Assembly (NCBI GenBank): GCA_003693705.1
Contig: RBZT01000096.1
Location: forward strand, 1-55,817
Length of the DNA stretch: 55,817 bases
DNA from: Polymyxa betae A26-41
Taxonomy: Eukaryota; Protista; Endomyxa: Phytomyxea
Reading direction: 5' to 3'
Shown here: piece after piece, positions 27,911 to 40,490 of the stretch
Layout of the letters: each line of letters opens with the position of its first letter
Numbering within the stretch: the stretch's first letter is position 1
The notes under the pieces: model-generated
Databases searched by the model: none
Told to the model about the DNA's origin: nothing
The model's input: the letters and a program-made list of their open reading frames with translations, nothing else
Position numbers and translations under genes: made by a program

Positions 27911-28180
27911 TTGCTATAACGGACATCATCTCATGATCTGTTGCTGTCGATCTCGACCATCAAAGATCGTCCGAGACCGTTCGGTTCGGGAATGATGCAC
28001 TACAAATGTTGTGAGAGAGCCGATTGGAAAGCCGTCTGGTTCGGTTTTCATCCTGCTGACCCCGAGTTTACAAACTTTCACAATTCATGATTCTAAATTC
28101 CTCAGTATTTGCTGGATATCAATACCCTGTTGCGATCGAATCGTGTACTTAGCATATATTCAAGTTTATGAAGCTTCTTC

Positions 28181-31100
28181 ATGGATGATGCTAATAAGGG
28201 CAAAAAAGCAGCTGTCATTACAGTAGATCGACCTTCTGAATCTGAAATCACATCTGCAAGTAATACGGACTGGCGAATTTCCCCGATATGCGAAGCAGCT
28301 GCTAACTTTCTGTCATAGGGAGCGAATATCAAATCTTTGACTTCAAAAACGGATCAACTTTTAACCCGAATTTTGTTGACTATGACTCGTCGTCAGAAGA
28401 CATATCATCGACTGGCTTAAGTACAAATGTCGAGGAATCCGATGACGATGAATTCACATATAATGATTTCGACGATGGAATTCTAAATGGATTGGAAGAT
28501 CCGGCTAGGTCTTATTCATTCACGCTACCGAGCAGTGGCTCTGCTGCTGCGGCTGAACCGGCTGAACAGTTTATGGTGACTTCGTCATCAATCAGTGATG
28601 CTGATCTATCGATGCCACCTAGTGACGATCTGTTACCAGATATGCCACCATCTGAGAAAACGGCTCGAGAGCAACGTTTGAAAGTGATGGAAGAATTGGT
28701 TTTTAGTGAACAAGCTTATGTGTCTAGTTTGAGGATTTTATGTGAGATCTTTGCTCCTGCTCTTTCCAACGCTCCTGGTATCGACGCGACCGTGACCATA
28801 CTCTTCAACAATATTTCACATATTTATTCGCTGAACCGGGAGCTTTTGAATGAGCTAGAACATCGTTTAATATCATGGGAAGAGCAACCGTCGACAGTTA
28901 CTGATATTTTCAATGAGCAGATGGCCTTGTTTTGGTTCTATTCACGATTCAGTGTCAACCTGAGTGCAGCTCTCGAAAGAATTCGAGCTTACAAACATCA
29001 GGAACCCCTAAAAAAGATTATTGAAGAGTGCGAACGTGGTCGCGAACCACTCGAATCACTTTTGATCAAACCCATTCAACGTATTCCGCGTTATATCTTA
29101 CTGCTCAGTGACATGGCAAGGAAGTCAGAGCAGTACGTAATGCTCATATCTTGTTTGTTGCCGAATAGTTTTTAGCTGTCTGACGCCTTTTCAATTTTTT
29201 TTTTCATTTTTATGACCATGTACTTACTGCATCCTCAGAACAGATCCCGACGTTGAGGAAATCAAAGCGACCGTTGCGGCTTTGGAAAAAATTGCAGATA
29301 GCTTAAATGAATCGGTTCGCGAACGTGAAGGCATGGATTCGCTTATCAAACTTCAAAAAATGCTGGGACGAAAAGTAACGGCCCCTTTTCAGATTGGTTT
29401 TTTGTTGGGTTTCTTTCATTGCACTCTACCAAACAGCTCAGTGATGGGAGCGTGTTAGGTTAATTTAGTAGCTCCAGGCCGGAGGATTTTGTTAGATGGA
29501 ATGCTCTGCAAAGTGGATCGAACAGGGCAACCGATTCGAATGCATTGGCATCTGTTTACCGACCAATTGATGTTTTCAAGAATGTCTCCTCTCGCGACAG
29601 GTGGCCTGTATAAGCACCGTTTCCTGGCCCTGAAAAATCTACGCGTAAGCTATTTGGTTTGGTCGAAAATATTTCCTTTTTGATTTGAATTAACGTCAAT
29701 AGGTCGAGTGGGACACAGGAGGTTACGACTTTCAGAATGCCTTCATGATTAAATCCCCCCGCAAAAGCTTTGTTGTGTTTAGTGACACAGAAATCGGAGC
29801 TAGAAAATTGTTTAAATAGCGGTTTACTGCTGTACTTACACAATTCTGATTGGCAAATAGGTTTAACGCCATTAATGCTGCTTGCCAAGCGTACGCTGAT
29901 GACAATGGTCTTCCTGTGGCGCCTATCAGGTCCCCGCATGCAATTAATGAATGTTCTGCATGCCATATAACCTTTTCCATGCTGCACAGGCGGCATCATT
30001 GTCGTTCGTGCGGGTCAGTTGCTTTTGCCTTTTGTTTGTGCTGTTTTTGAATAATGACATCTGTCAGTGCCGTTGTTTGTAGCGGATGCAGCAATCACCG
30101 CGAGCTGCTTGCTGCTATAGACACCGATGTAAAACAAAGGATTTGCGATTCGTGCTATGAAGATTTTCAAGATGATAAATTTGAAGAATTTCCAAGTACA
30201 CCGTCTACTCCTTCAAAAACAAAGGTGCGTCTCTTCTGGTTCTATATTTCTCGTTTTGTACCTTCTAGTTGCTTCCGCTTTGTCTGAATTGATGTTTTTG
30301 TTGCGAGCGATTTTTGGAAACTTTTGGAACAGTTTGTTGAACGCTCACTTTAGGAAATGGTGTCATTCTGGAAGAATTCCATGAAGAAGATAATATCACG
30401 GCACTCAGCATCATCGACATCTTCAGATCCAAACAGCTCCAGCTTGGGTAGACCGTCAGTTCTAGAAAACCCCAGCTCGAAAGTATCAGGGACGCGGGCT
30501 TTGTCGACAACTTTTCGTACACGTCGAGAAGTGGTTGAAGAACTATTGAGGACCGAATCGGCATTTCTGACAGACATCAGTATTACGCTTGATGTTATTA
30601 TCACTCCAGTAGTGACCCAGTTGAGCTCAAATGACAGCCTGAAGAAGATCAATCCTGTCAGAAATTTTTGGTTTGAACACTCTCGAACTCCTAAATTCCA
30701 AATTAGCAACTTATAGCCGCGTTCGAAGCGCTTGAAATGATTCGCACGCTGTCTCAAACAGTTACTGCAGATCTCGAAGCTGTACTGAATAGAGAAAGCC
30801 CGGTCTCTCCCCGAACATCAGGTTTACTGGCAATCAATTATATCTTTTGCGGTCTCATTTTCGGGGTTAATAGGCAGGCGTATCAGCTATCCGACAGCAA
30901 TGCCACACTCACCTGCACAAGCGGGGGTTGCCTCGTCGCCGAAATCGCAATCTGGGGCTGATGACCCTTCAGTTGGCGATATTTTTGAGAGACGTGCTAA
31001 TCTTTTCATACTGTTTGGTGAATATGCTGAACATATTGGCCCAATTCATAGTGCACCACTCCATCCCGATGTTGAATCCAAGATCACTGCCGTTGAATTA

Positions 31101-31853
31101 GACCCTCGTTGCGGTGGGACTCATTTCCAACGACGTCTTTTGATTCCTTTGCAACGTCCATCAGCGTATACGTTCTTGTTGAACAAATTAATTCGGTTGA
31201 CTCCGGAATCACATCAAGATTTTCAGGCACTTCAGTCTGCTGTTGAGCACACCACTGCTGTAAGAACAGCATTACACTTGATTACGGCGCAATCTTTGTG
31301 ACTAAACGGTAGGCTTCAAAACTGGTTTCGTTAGCGTTGAAGGCTGGGGGACAACGTGCCAAGATAAATGCTTTGGAAGCGCAGTTTCATGGCAAAATCA
31401 AGCTAACTGAAGAGACAGAGTTAGTTCGAACCGGCAAGGTTTGCATAATTTCGATTTGGTATAAGAGCTTTTCCCGATAGCATGTTGCAGGTGTCCATGT
31501 TTGAAGAGAGCTGGAAGTTCGACGATACTGACCCTATCCCAAAGTTCGATCAAGTAACATTACATTTACTCAATGACCGCTTGATCGTGAGCCATGGTGA
31601 TGAGAAACGTGGATTCAAAGTGGAGCACGATCTGATTCAATCTCCGGACGCTTGGTTTGAGATGGATGAAGAGGCGGCAAGAGTACTTTCTAAAGCCCTG
31701 CCGTTGGATGAAGGCGCACGGTACAGCGTTGTTCGGTTGCACTATGGGAGAAGAAATCTTTTCGGCTTAATATTAAAGGAGCCGGCTCAGAAGCGTTCTT
31801 GGGTCAATGATTTACAGCGATGTATTCACCGATCTTCAGCCGCGTTGTCATAG
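28181..31853 (+). CDS. RhoGEF with DH-PH-FYVE-DH-PH architecture (FGD/frabin-related)
   Basis: DH1: RLKVMEELVFSEQAYVSSL...LESLLIKPIQRIPRYILLL. PH. FYVE: CSACHITFSMLHRRHHCRSCG|AVVCSGCS...RICDSC. DH2: RREVVEELLRTESAFL...LLIPLQRPSAYTFLL. PH2 ends KRSWVNDLQRCI. About ten in-frame GT-AG introns. Confidence 0.88.
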
Positions 31854-32055
31854 TTGAATAAATAGCATGCGATCCAAATTACTAATATTAATAACATAAA
31901 GTTAGTTTGCCGTCCCTTCTAGATAGATGAATTCAAAACAGGACCTTTCTGAACATTTTCTTGAAGCAGAACTTGAAAGCAAATCCGGTGAAAAAGTCAT
32001 AATTATGCTAATACCAGGGGTAGCCCGATTGTCGATCAGTAAGCATTGAGCTGCT

Positions 32056-32061
32056 AAAAAA
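32056..32061 (-). terminator. RNA polymerase III T6 terminator of the tRNA gene
   Basis: TTTTTT begins 3 nt after the discriminator base on the minus strand. Confidence 0.75.
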
Positions 32062-32063
32062 GA

Positions 32064-32135
32064 AGCCCATGCAGGGATTCGAACCTGGCTTCGGGATTCA
32101 AAGTCCCACTTCATGAACCACTAGAACACACGGGC
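32064..32135 (-). tRNA. trnQ-UUG: tRNA-Gln(UUG), intronless, with imperfect T-stem
   Basis: Minus strand reads GCCCGTG TG TTCT AGTGGTTCA TGAA G TGGGA CTTTGAA TCCCG AAGC CAGG TTCGAAT CCCTG CATGGGC T: 7-bp acceptor stem, A-box, anticodon TTG, B-box GGTTCGAATCC, discriminator U. Confidence 0.88.
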
Positions 32136-32440
32136 TAAGTGCTGTTATTAATCAAATTGGACATTTCATTTTGTGAATGTTCGTACTTCTTTTTTATGTT
32201 AATTTTTGCCTTTTCAATTCTGCATTCGTCGCGAAAATCGTTGATACCAACGTCCGGTACATTTTTCGCTGATGATAAGATCGGGCACGCGCCACCTAGC
32301 ATGGCACGCCGAAACCAGGGCTGTGCCTGTGTCGTACTGCCTGAGTCAATAGTCCATCGTACAACCTCAGCACTAGGGAGCTGAGCCCAAATCATTCTTC
32401 AAAGCGAAGTTCGATTGATAGTCTCTGCCAAACTAGAACA

Positions 32441-33334
32441 ATGTTCCGCTACATCGCTGTCGTTTCGCTGACCTTGGCCGTCTTGGCTCAGGGCGCTAAC
32501 TACGCCTTCCTTGATCAGGCTTGTGATTTGTCGACAACCCCGTCAACCTGTGCCTTCGGTAATTGTTTTTCACCAGCAAGATATGATAAAACTTACAAAA
32601 GGTTTCAGATTACAAACAGGTTCCGGTTCTGCTGCAGCCCGTTCATATCGGTAATCGCAAATAGCATTACGAATAATCTCTAACCTGTTGTAGACGGAAC
32701 CATTGGCGGTTGTGTCAGCCAGCAAGGCGTCTGCCAGTTCGACCGATCCATTACTTGTGAGAATTCTGGGATCGCAGCTGTCATTCGCGACGCCGTCTCT
32801 CAATTAGCCCAATGCGCTTCCTCAACCAACCTCGACGCGATCACCGGCTGTCCAACAGTCTGTGGCCAGCAAATCAACCGTGTTGTCGCTGCCAATTTCA
32901 TCGCCTGCCATGAACAAGAATTCTTGTCGATGGAGGCGGCAGCTAAGCAACTGGCTCAAGCGAGCGATGATGTTCTGCGCCATGCGATCACTCAGTTCAT
33001 GGTTTGCGCCACCGACGCCGTTACACCGGCCCAGCTGAACGCCCTGGCGACCTTCGTCCGCAAGCTGACCGTCAACCAGGTCCAGACCGAAGTCAACCAG
33101 CTGCAGATGTGTTTCCAAGTCAGCGACGACCGGATTCGCGCCGCCTTCAACGAGTTGGTTCAGATGAGGAACCGCGTTGACAGCGCTATCACAACCAACT
33201 CGCAAGCGCTGGTCCCAGCTGGGGCGAGTACGACGGCACCGGCGAACAGCGGCGTCGGATCGCGAATGGAAACTGTATTCTCGGTCGCCGCTCTCTTGTT
33301 TGTGCCGATTGTGATGTTGCTCAACTTCATTTGA
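32441..33334 (+). CDS. Cys-rich secreted, probably GPI-anchored surface protein; exons 32441-32558 and 32694-33334
   Basis: Signal peptide MFRYIAVVSLTLAVLAQG; ~10 Cys; S/T/A/P spacer, NSG omega-like site and hydrophobic C-terminus VFSVAALLFVPIVMLLNFI. In-frame GT-AG intron with a CTAAC branch site. Confidence 0.8.
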
Positions 33335-33557
33335 ATCTGAATATTCTGTAAATATACTTTATTTTATATATTCAACTGATTGAGATATGAACGGGCGTAT
33401 ACGGTAGAGCCATCACTGACTGGTTGTGGCGGCAGTATTCCCCAAAATTCTGTACCTGTTAAAATCCATGATAACGCCCAGCTTTGATACATTACTATGG
33501 TGGGATTGCACCTAGACATTCGTCAACCAAAGACCGAACGGGAAATTGAAATTACCT

Positions 33558-34595
33558 TTAGTAGGGATCGGAATTTGGTCTGCCTGTGCTGCCTGGGCTG
33601 TCTGAGCTGTCTGGGCTGTCTGGTACGAGACCGGGGTCCGACCTAGCAGGTTGAGGTGGTTCCATGGTTCCAGCCTGATACCAAGGTCCCGTTTTGATCC
33701 CATCTTGTAGGTCATTGCCGCAATGTATGCAGAAATAGCAGGGCAGGCGATGGCCCAGGGCCTGACACCGCTCGCAGGTCAGCTCGTTGCAGATTCGGGT
33801 CAGAGGCTGGCTGCATTGTGGGCAGTACCGAACTTCCATGGCGTAGAAGCACCTCGGGCAGACAACATGGAACCCAGGCCTACGAATACCATTACAACCG
33901 AGTCGTCGAGGGCGTGATGGCTGCCTACAACTCCCCATGAAAGAGCTCCGCGCGAAGTCGATCGACAATCTTCGGCGCCGATCCGGTAACGTCGCTGGAC
34001 GAACGATTCACAAGGCCGAAGAGCTCGACGCCTTCCCGCCGGAGCGCCTCTAGCTGAGGATGGTGCAGGAACGGGCCTCGATTACCCTTCTTGGACTCAT
34101 AGCTGCCTTGAAATCGTTGCTGCATACGCGAATATCGACTACGAGTGGCCAGAAATGAGTCTCGTCCCTAGATCTTCACCCACACCGGTTTCGACACAAC
34201 GCTATCGGTTTAGAAATAGATTCGCAGAACGGGTGGCGATCGTGGCGTCTCAAGCTGGCGACATGAAATTGCTGGCGACGGGATTGTTAGATGAAGCGGC
34301 AGCGGCATGATACGTCCATGGTCCGATGATGGGAATCTCTCGTTGATCAGCTGGAACAGCTCGTTCTGGGCTATAACGCCTTCAATGCCTATTGGCTGGT
34401 TAACCTTTCCTGCGAATGCAAAAGAGTTCGTTTACCTGGAACGCTGGCGAGCTCCCGTAACGTCTGGATTCGAGCATGTCTTAACACCAAGGCAACATTC
34501 GCCGACGATTTCGATTTGGATTGCCGTTGGATAAGGTTCTCGGCATTGTCAAGCTGTCGTAGGAGCATTTCGTCGAGCTTGGGTCGCGACGGCAT
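33558..34595 (-). CDS. Double-zinc-ribbon protein, multi-exon; one junction will not splice in frame
   Basis: Last exon has CPRC, CPQC, CERC, CYFCIHC and PDS repeats. Three of four candidate introns give in-frame joins; the join at ~34270-34315 does not. Confidence 0.45.
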
Positions 34596-35061
34596 GATGT
34601 GTTCTTGTTGGGACGAATTCGCCACGATTCAATTCAATGAATGAATTGGTCGAAGTCTGTAACTCGAGCGTCTTATAGTGCAAAAATATAACATCTGTTA
34701 TGACGTCGACCACAGTAGTTTACAGGTCAGCTGGAAATCGCCTTTAATGTGGTTCAATACTAAAAATGAGTAACATTACCATACATTAAGCAATGCTGTT
34801 TTAAAGAGAGGAAAAAGCATTAAGTCTGTTATGAGATCTGTTAATAGAATAAAAAAATCCGATCAGTTTTTATCCAAATTACAAATTTACAGAATTCTGA
34901 TACGATTATGAAGGGTCTTTGCATTTTCAGTATCTAGTGCTCTGTGATTGGAATTTGCAAGATGGAAGAATGATAATGGTAATGATATTTAGCCACATGA
35001 AATAACGACGACAGAATTTAATTGAAGTAAACACCTGAGGAAGCACAACGGCCCGCCGTAT

Positions 35062-36581
35062 TCATCGATCGTATTGCTGTTTGACAAGAACCATGCGATA
35101 ACGGACCGTGTTTTTTGCAAGTCGCGACATAGCTTCATTGCAATTCTTTGCATTCATGGGCAGCACCTCAGTGATTGCCTTTTGTTAACCAATTCAGCAT
35201 TGACTTTCGAGAGAAAACAGAGTCGAATGTTGAACCTGGATTTTATGATCGGCAGCGAATTTCAGCATACGCTCGATCTCTGACTTAGGAGCCAAAAGCG
35301 AGCCGACGAAGGTCAATTGCTTCATCACTACAAGGAAAGGATTGAACTCGACTTTCTTCGGCACCCCGACCAAGCATAGCTTTCCTTCTGGCTTTAGCAG
35401 AGTGAGGTAAAGCGTCCAGTCAATATTGGCAGAAATTGTGGCCAATAGAAAATCTGGTGAAAGTCAGTATAGGAGCCTAGCTCTGGAAATCATTCGTTTA
35501 CCAAAAGTGCCAACTCGAGCTTTGACTTCTTCTAGATCGTTAATGTTCAAGAATTGATGGGCTCCTAATCTTGTTGCTTCGTCTTTCTTGCTGGGTGAAG
35601 TAGAAATCGCCTAAGCAAGCGTTATTCAGCCTTAATCCATTTATAACAAATTTACTGCTTACAGTTGTCCCATATCCAAGAGCACTGGCAAACTGAATCG
35701 CGATATGACCTTACAGACAATGAAAGCAAGCTGGAAAACATGACCATAAACGCACCTAACCCTCCTATTCCAATGATCCCAATGGCATCGCCTCTTTTAA
35801 GTCCATGGCGCATGAAAGGCGCCCAAGTCGTCTGGCCAGCACACAACAACGGAGCAGCATTGACCTTATCATCAATCAACAATTGTATGTAAAATTAAAC
35901 AGAAATTGTAAGATGCAGCAACAGAAATACTGGAGATAAAGTCGACTCTTTAAACGATTTCTTGAGCCTTCAAACTTGCAAAAAAAAGTAAGCAATAAAG
36001 CATACCGTTTCGAGGTCATCAGGAATAGCAAAGCTCCATTCGGCTGGGCATCGAATTCGATCGGAGAATCCACCATATGTAAATGGCTGATCTGGATTCT
36101 CAGTTTTCGAGTTATAGCACTGTATCTGGTTGATGCAGAGGGATTCCTTCCCATTAAGACACACTTCACATTCCTTACAGCTTCCTACCTGTGGACCGAC
36201 ACCAACACGCTGTCCGACATTGAGCTCGGATACCTTCCTTCCTGAACAAAAAATTACAATCAATTCGTACTGAGATTGATGAAGCCTGGAAGAGATAGAA
36301 ACTGGATAAAATCACCGAAGCAAAAACGCATTTTGAAACTTAGCAGGAATCTTGCCTTTATCAACGATTCTTCTGATAATTTCATGACCTGGTACAAGAG
36401 GGTAATTTGAAAGACCCCAATCGTTATCCTTCTGATGCAGGTCGGTATGACAGACCCCACAGGCCTCAATGTCAATCTCGATCTGGTCGTCACCGAGCAG
36501 CAGCGGCTTGTAATTGAATTCGACGATATCGGCGCCTGGTTTCAGAGCAGCATACGAATGGAATTCGCCCTGGCTTGACAT
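35062..36581 (-). CDS. Zn-dependent MDR alcohol dehydrogenase, cinnamyl-alcohol-dehydrogenase/YahK-like; 6 exons
   Basis: ACGVCHTDLH, YPLVPGHEI, structural Zn CKECEVC...C, AAPLLCAGQT, GIGGLG|HIA, GKLCLVG, RYRMVL. First intron 36355-36242 is GC-AG. Confidence 0.92.
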
Positions 36582-37021
36582 AGTGGCGATTCGTATGAAT
36601 GAATGAATCGCCTGTTGATGCGATAGTACTCAGTTATCATTGTATGAGAATTAATAGTGACTGTACAAGTGTCTCCTCACTCTCACATTTTATAACAAGG
36701 TCAGATATTAGTGAAAATCTGAATCAGTTGGCTCAGGTTGAAACGTGTTCGATCTAAGTCGTTTTCAAAATGTATTTGACAATATGTTGCTGGATACGAA
36801 GACAGTTACATCTTAATAAGTACAATTTGAAGATGATGAATGAGATTGGACGCCCTCGAATGCAGGTTCATGGACAACAAGTCTAAACGTGTTATGTTTA
36901 CGAGCGTCTCTATTCCTGATCTTCTATCGTATCATGCTTGGTGAATTGGCGAAAGCAAGCGGAGTCAACAGCTGTCATAAGACTAGAGATCCGTTATTCT
37001 CACGCTGCATAAAGAGACTTT

Positions 37022-38203
37022 ATGGGGCATATTGAGCCAAGATCATGGTTACGTACAGCACACATAACGGAACGATTATTTCCGATGAACTTCACGAGCC
37101 CAACCGGGTCGGAGCGTTCGTCCTCTGAACCTCCGATGTCGGACCCTGATGATCTGAGCGATGGCGCCGCCTCCTTGGTTGACGACGACAACTATTTGCC
37201 GAACGGCGATACGTCCAGCTGCGACCTGATTCTGGTCTTCAAGTCATGTCAATATCCGGTCCATCTGACGGTCCTAGAGGCGAATAGCGATTTTATCAAG
37301 AATTGGGCTCGATTCCCGGGGTCGGCCCCATCATCCCAAGAACTTATCACCACATCTCCCCAAGACCCCATCACCCCATCACCGAAAATACCCATCACAC
37401 AGGAACCTGGTCACGACGCCATTCCATCAACGAATTATGACGAAGGCGACCTTTGTGAACAGATCGAAGGTCTGAATCTCAATCTTCCGCAGGTTGAGAT
37501 CGACGTCGGGCTCATATTCGTTCCGTTCGAGGACCAGCACCACGCCATCAACTGTGATGATTTCCGCAACTACTTACGGATGGCATACTCTGTCTGGAGA
37601 CCAAATGACGACGCCCTCTCGGCGATGAAGATCGTTCCCATTGCCGACTACATGCAATCGCAACGGATTCGTGAAGTTTGTGACCTGGAGATGGCCAGAA
37701 TCTCGATCTCTTGGTCAATACGGCTTTGTCACACGGCCTTCGATTTCGCACGCAGATGGTCACTGCCTCATCTGGCCGGAGCCATCTGCGCCTGGATCAA
37801 CGCCAATGTTCCCACAGACACCGTACTAGCTCGGTTGATGTTGTCGACAGCCGATCACTTGTTGGCGATGCTCCCGGAGCTGGATATGGATCCGGTCATA
37901 CAGGTCCAGGCCCTGGTCCGTTATGTGTGCCGGAAACCGCTCAAAGGTGAATTGATCGGGCGACTGCCGGTGGAGGGCGACATGGTGGATGTGCTGTGTC
38001 GTGGATATCGTGGCCTGTACGGCCGATGGACGCGTTCCCGGGCAACATTGGAGGTGATGCGCCAGACGCATGCCATGTCGTTCCAGAATATGGAGGCCAG
38101 ATCCTGTGTAATGCAATGTTTGTTGGAAATCTTACAGAAACAGTTAGAGGCAGGTCCATTGATATACTGGGGAGAATGTCACTGTTATAACCGAGCCTTC
38201 TAA
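37022..38203 (+). CDS. BTB/POZ domain protein, intronless
   Basis: CDLILVFKSCQYPVHLTVLEANSDFIK...FRNYLRMAYS...KIVPIADYMQSQRIREVC, followed by a BACK-like helical region. A P/T-rich insert interrupts the BTB domain. The start may be 37086. Confidence 0.75.
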   Translation: MGHIEPRSWLRTAHITERLFPMNFTSPTGSERSSSEPPMSDPDDLSDGAASLVDDDNYLPNGDTSSCDLILVFKSCQYPVHLTVLEANSDFIKNWARFPGSAPSSQELITTSPQDPITPSPKIPITQEPGHDAIPSTNYDEGDLCEQIEGLNLNLPQVEIDVGLIFVPFEDQHHAINCDDFRNYLRMAYSVWRPNDDALSAMKIVPIADYMQSQRIREVCDLEMARISISWSIRLCHTAFDFARRWSLPHLAGAICAWINANVPTDTVLARLMLSTADHLLAMLPELDMDPVIQVQALVRYVCRKPLKGELIGRLPVEGDMVDVLCRGYRGLYGRWTRSRATLEVMRQTHAMSFQNMEARSCVMQCLLEILQKQLEAGPLIYWGECHCYNRAF

Positions 38204-40132
38204 AATGCCAAGTGTAGGATTTATGTATAATACATCATCTGCGTTGTCCATAACCCCCTCAAAACCCTCAAATCCTATTTTGGCGATGGACCAGCGTGAC
38301 TACAACAGTATGTGCTATGAGCCGGGTCCCAAAACAAGCGACAGCAGGTATCGCTGGCTCTTATACTGACCAAATTCCCTTCCAGTTTCACTTACGCGAT
38401 CTCTACAACGTATGCCACAAGATTAGCCAGAACTATATGCGGGATTCGCCTCCTGGCATTCCGACTCCAACGAGAAGCTTCGGCTAAAAAGCCTTCAATG
38501 ATGGCAGCTGTTATGCCAGGTACTGTCATCGCTGGGGCAACAATTCAGCTAAGAATTGCTGATCTTGACGCATCGGCGTCGTTACCAGGCGATATTGGCG
38601 ACCCGGAAAGGCTAAAGCAGCGTGCAGTTGCCCAAATCGCAAACTTCGATGATTAGGCCAGGATCATCCGGCTTCGCGATGAGAGCTGCGATAGCTTCTT
38701 AATACACGAAGAACATGGTAATTTTTGTGGAGCATCACAGATGAGGAACAAATAATGAAAGGTTACCCGGATGGATCTACATACCGGTGCGTGGCAGTTA
38801 AATATCTTGACAAAATAAAAAATTTAAACTGCGAGTTTCAACAAGTGCGTCTGCCAAAATTTGAATGGGGCGATTTTTGACAAGAATAGCCTGGCGGTTA
38901 AAAATTTCGCAGACGCATTATTTTTAAAAATGAGTTTTTACATTTTTTTGAAAAACTGCCAGAATCACCGTCTCGTTGAATTGCTCTTAAGGGTCTAGAC
39001 TCTATAGTCTACTGGCTTCTCGGAATGGAGAATACAACTACTGTGTGTAATGATCTAGTAAGCGACGATCGACCTGTTGGTTGAGGATTTCTATTATGCT
39101 GTAAGTAATGTGGCATTATCATGAACCCGTCAGCAATAAAGAAGCACAAGATCGGCTGAAATCGGAATACTGGCCTTCCTTTGATACAGACCAATAATTG
39201 ATCATTGTGATGCCCATTCAGGCAGGGAATCTTTTATTGTTAATGCTTTGAAGTCTCTGGGACTTGGGCAAGCATGTCATTGAGGCTAATTGCAACCTTA
39301 TCCCAATATCAATTTTACAATTAGTGAGATGTTTTCAACGAAAACAATATAATACTATGTACGACGTGGCAGTGTGTACTAATTGGTAAGTCTCATAATC
39401 AGGCTGGAGAATCCCATTACGATTTCCGTGCCCAGCTCTGAAAACCATTGGAATAGATTCCATAGTGAAGATACTAGATGATGATATAAGGCGTGATTCT
39501 GGAGGGTTTACTGAAAAACATCAAACATTTTTCACTGATCCTGACTCTCCTACCAGTAATACCAAGACCTTCATGTAAATGTCGTGCAGAATCTGCAGAT
39601 TGATCGATTGGTCCAGGAGAAAGCTACTGCTTGTGGACAAGCAGGCTGAGACTGACGAAGCCAAAAGTAGAGCTTTCAAGATCGGATTTTCGAAGAGGTC
39701 TGTGGTTGGGTTTCAAAACAACAACACCAATACGGCTAGAGCAGAATGCAATGGAAGAAGAGCAGAAAGGCTAGAGAAGAGATACATATTTGTAATCGCG
39801 GTCGAATCATATAAATCTTACGATGAGCGACGAAGCCAGAACTTAAGTTCTCGATTAGAGCAAAAACAGTTTTTAAATCTGACTGAATTAAGATGATACC
39901 ATGCACTCAACAACCTCTCGACCTAATCGAGCGGGCGTTTAAAAATGGGGATGTCTGAGTTCTCGAAAGCCATCTCTTTGTCTCCCGGATGTAAAAATGT
40001 CAAACTGATTGAATGCACAGTGAAATGAAAATCTGATGGCAACCGCAACCGAATCAATAATGAGCAGATGATCTCTCGAAATGTCAAATTTGAAAAGATT
40101 TTCGGAGTAGGGTTGAGGTCTTGACATCGATG

Positions 40133-40490
40133 TCAATTATTGATAGCAGTTTTAAGATGATTTATGCCTAAGCCGTGAGCAACATGTTCTATAGGCGTCT
40201 CTCTGATTGTGGACGTCATTTTATAGGTGATCAGGCCCGACACCTGCTGTTGAGCCTTCCTCCGATGGCACTTCATATCGGATGAATGTGATAAATAATC
40301 CCGAATTTCGGCTAATTTATTAGATGTGGCATAGTCGAATACATTCATGCCATCATCGTCTCTTCATTCGAGATGCGCACAAGGAACCTTCAATATGAAG
40401 ATCCAAATCGAAATCGCATCGATTTCGGTTCTGTTTTACAGTAGCTCAATCAACATCCGATATCTGCCACATAGGAGGCGAATAGTGGAT
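40133..40490 (-). pseudogene. Ankyrin-repeat gene remnant
   Basis: One frame reads RMLIELL*NRTEIDA...ILKVPCAHLE*RDDDGMNVFDYATSNKLAEIRDYL: ankyrin-like consensus with in-frame TAA and TGA. Confidence 0.45.
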
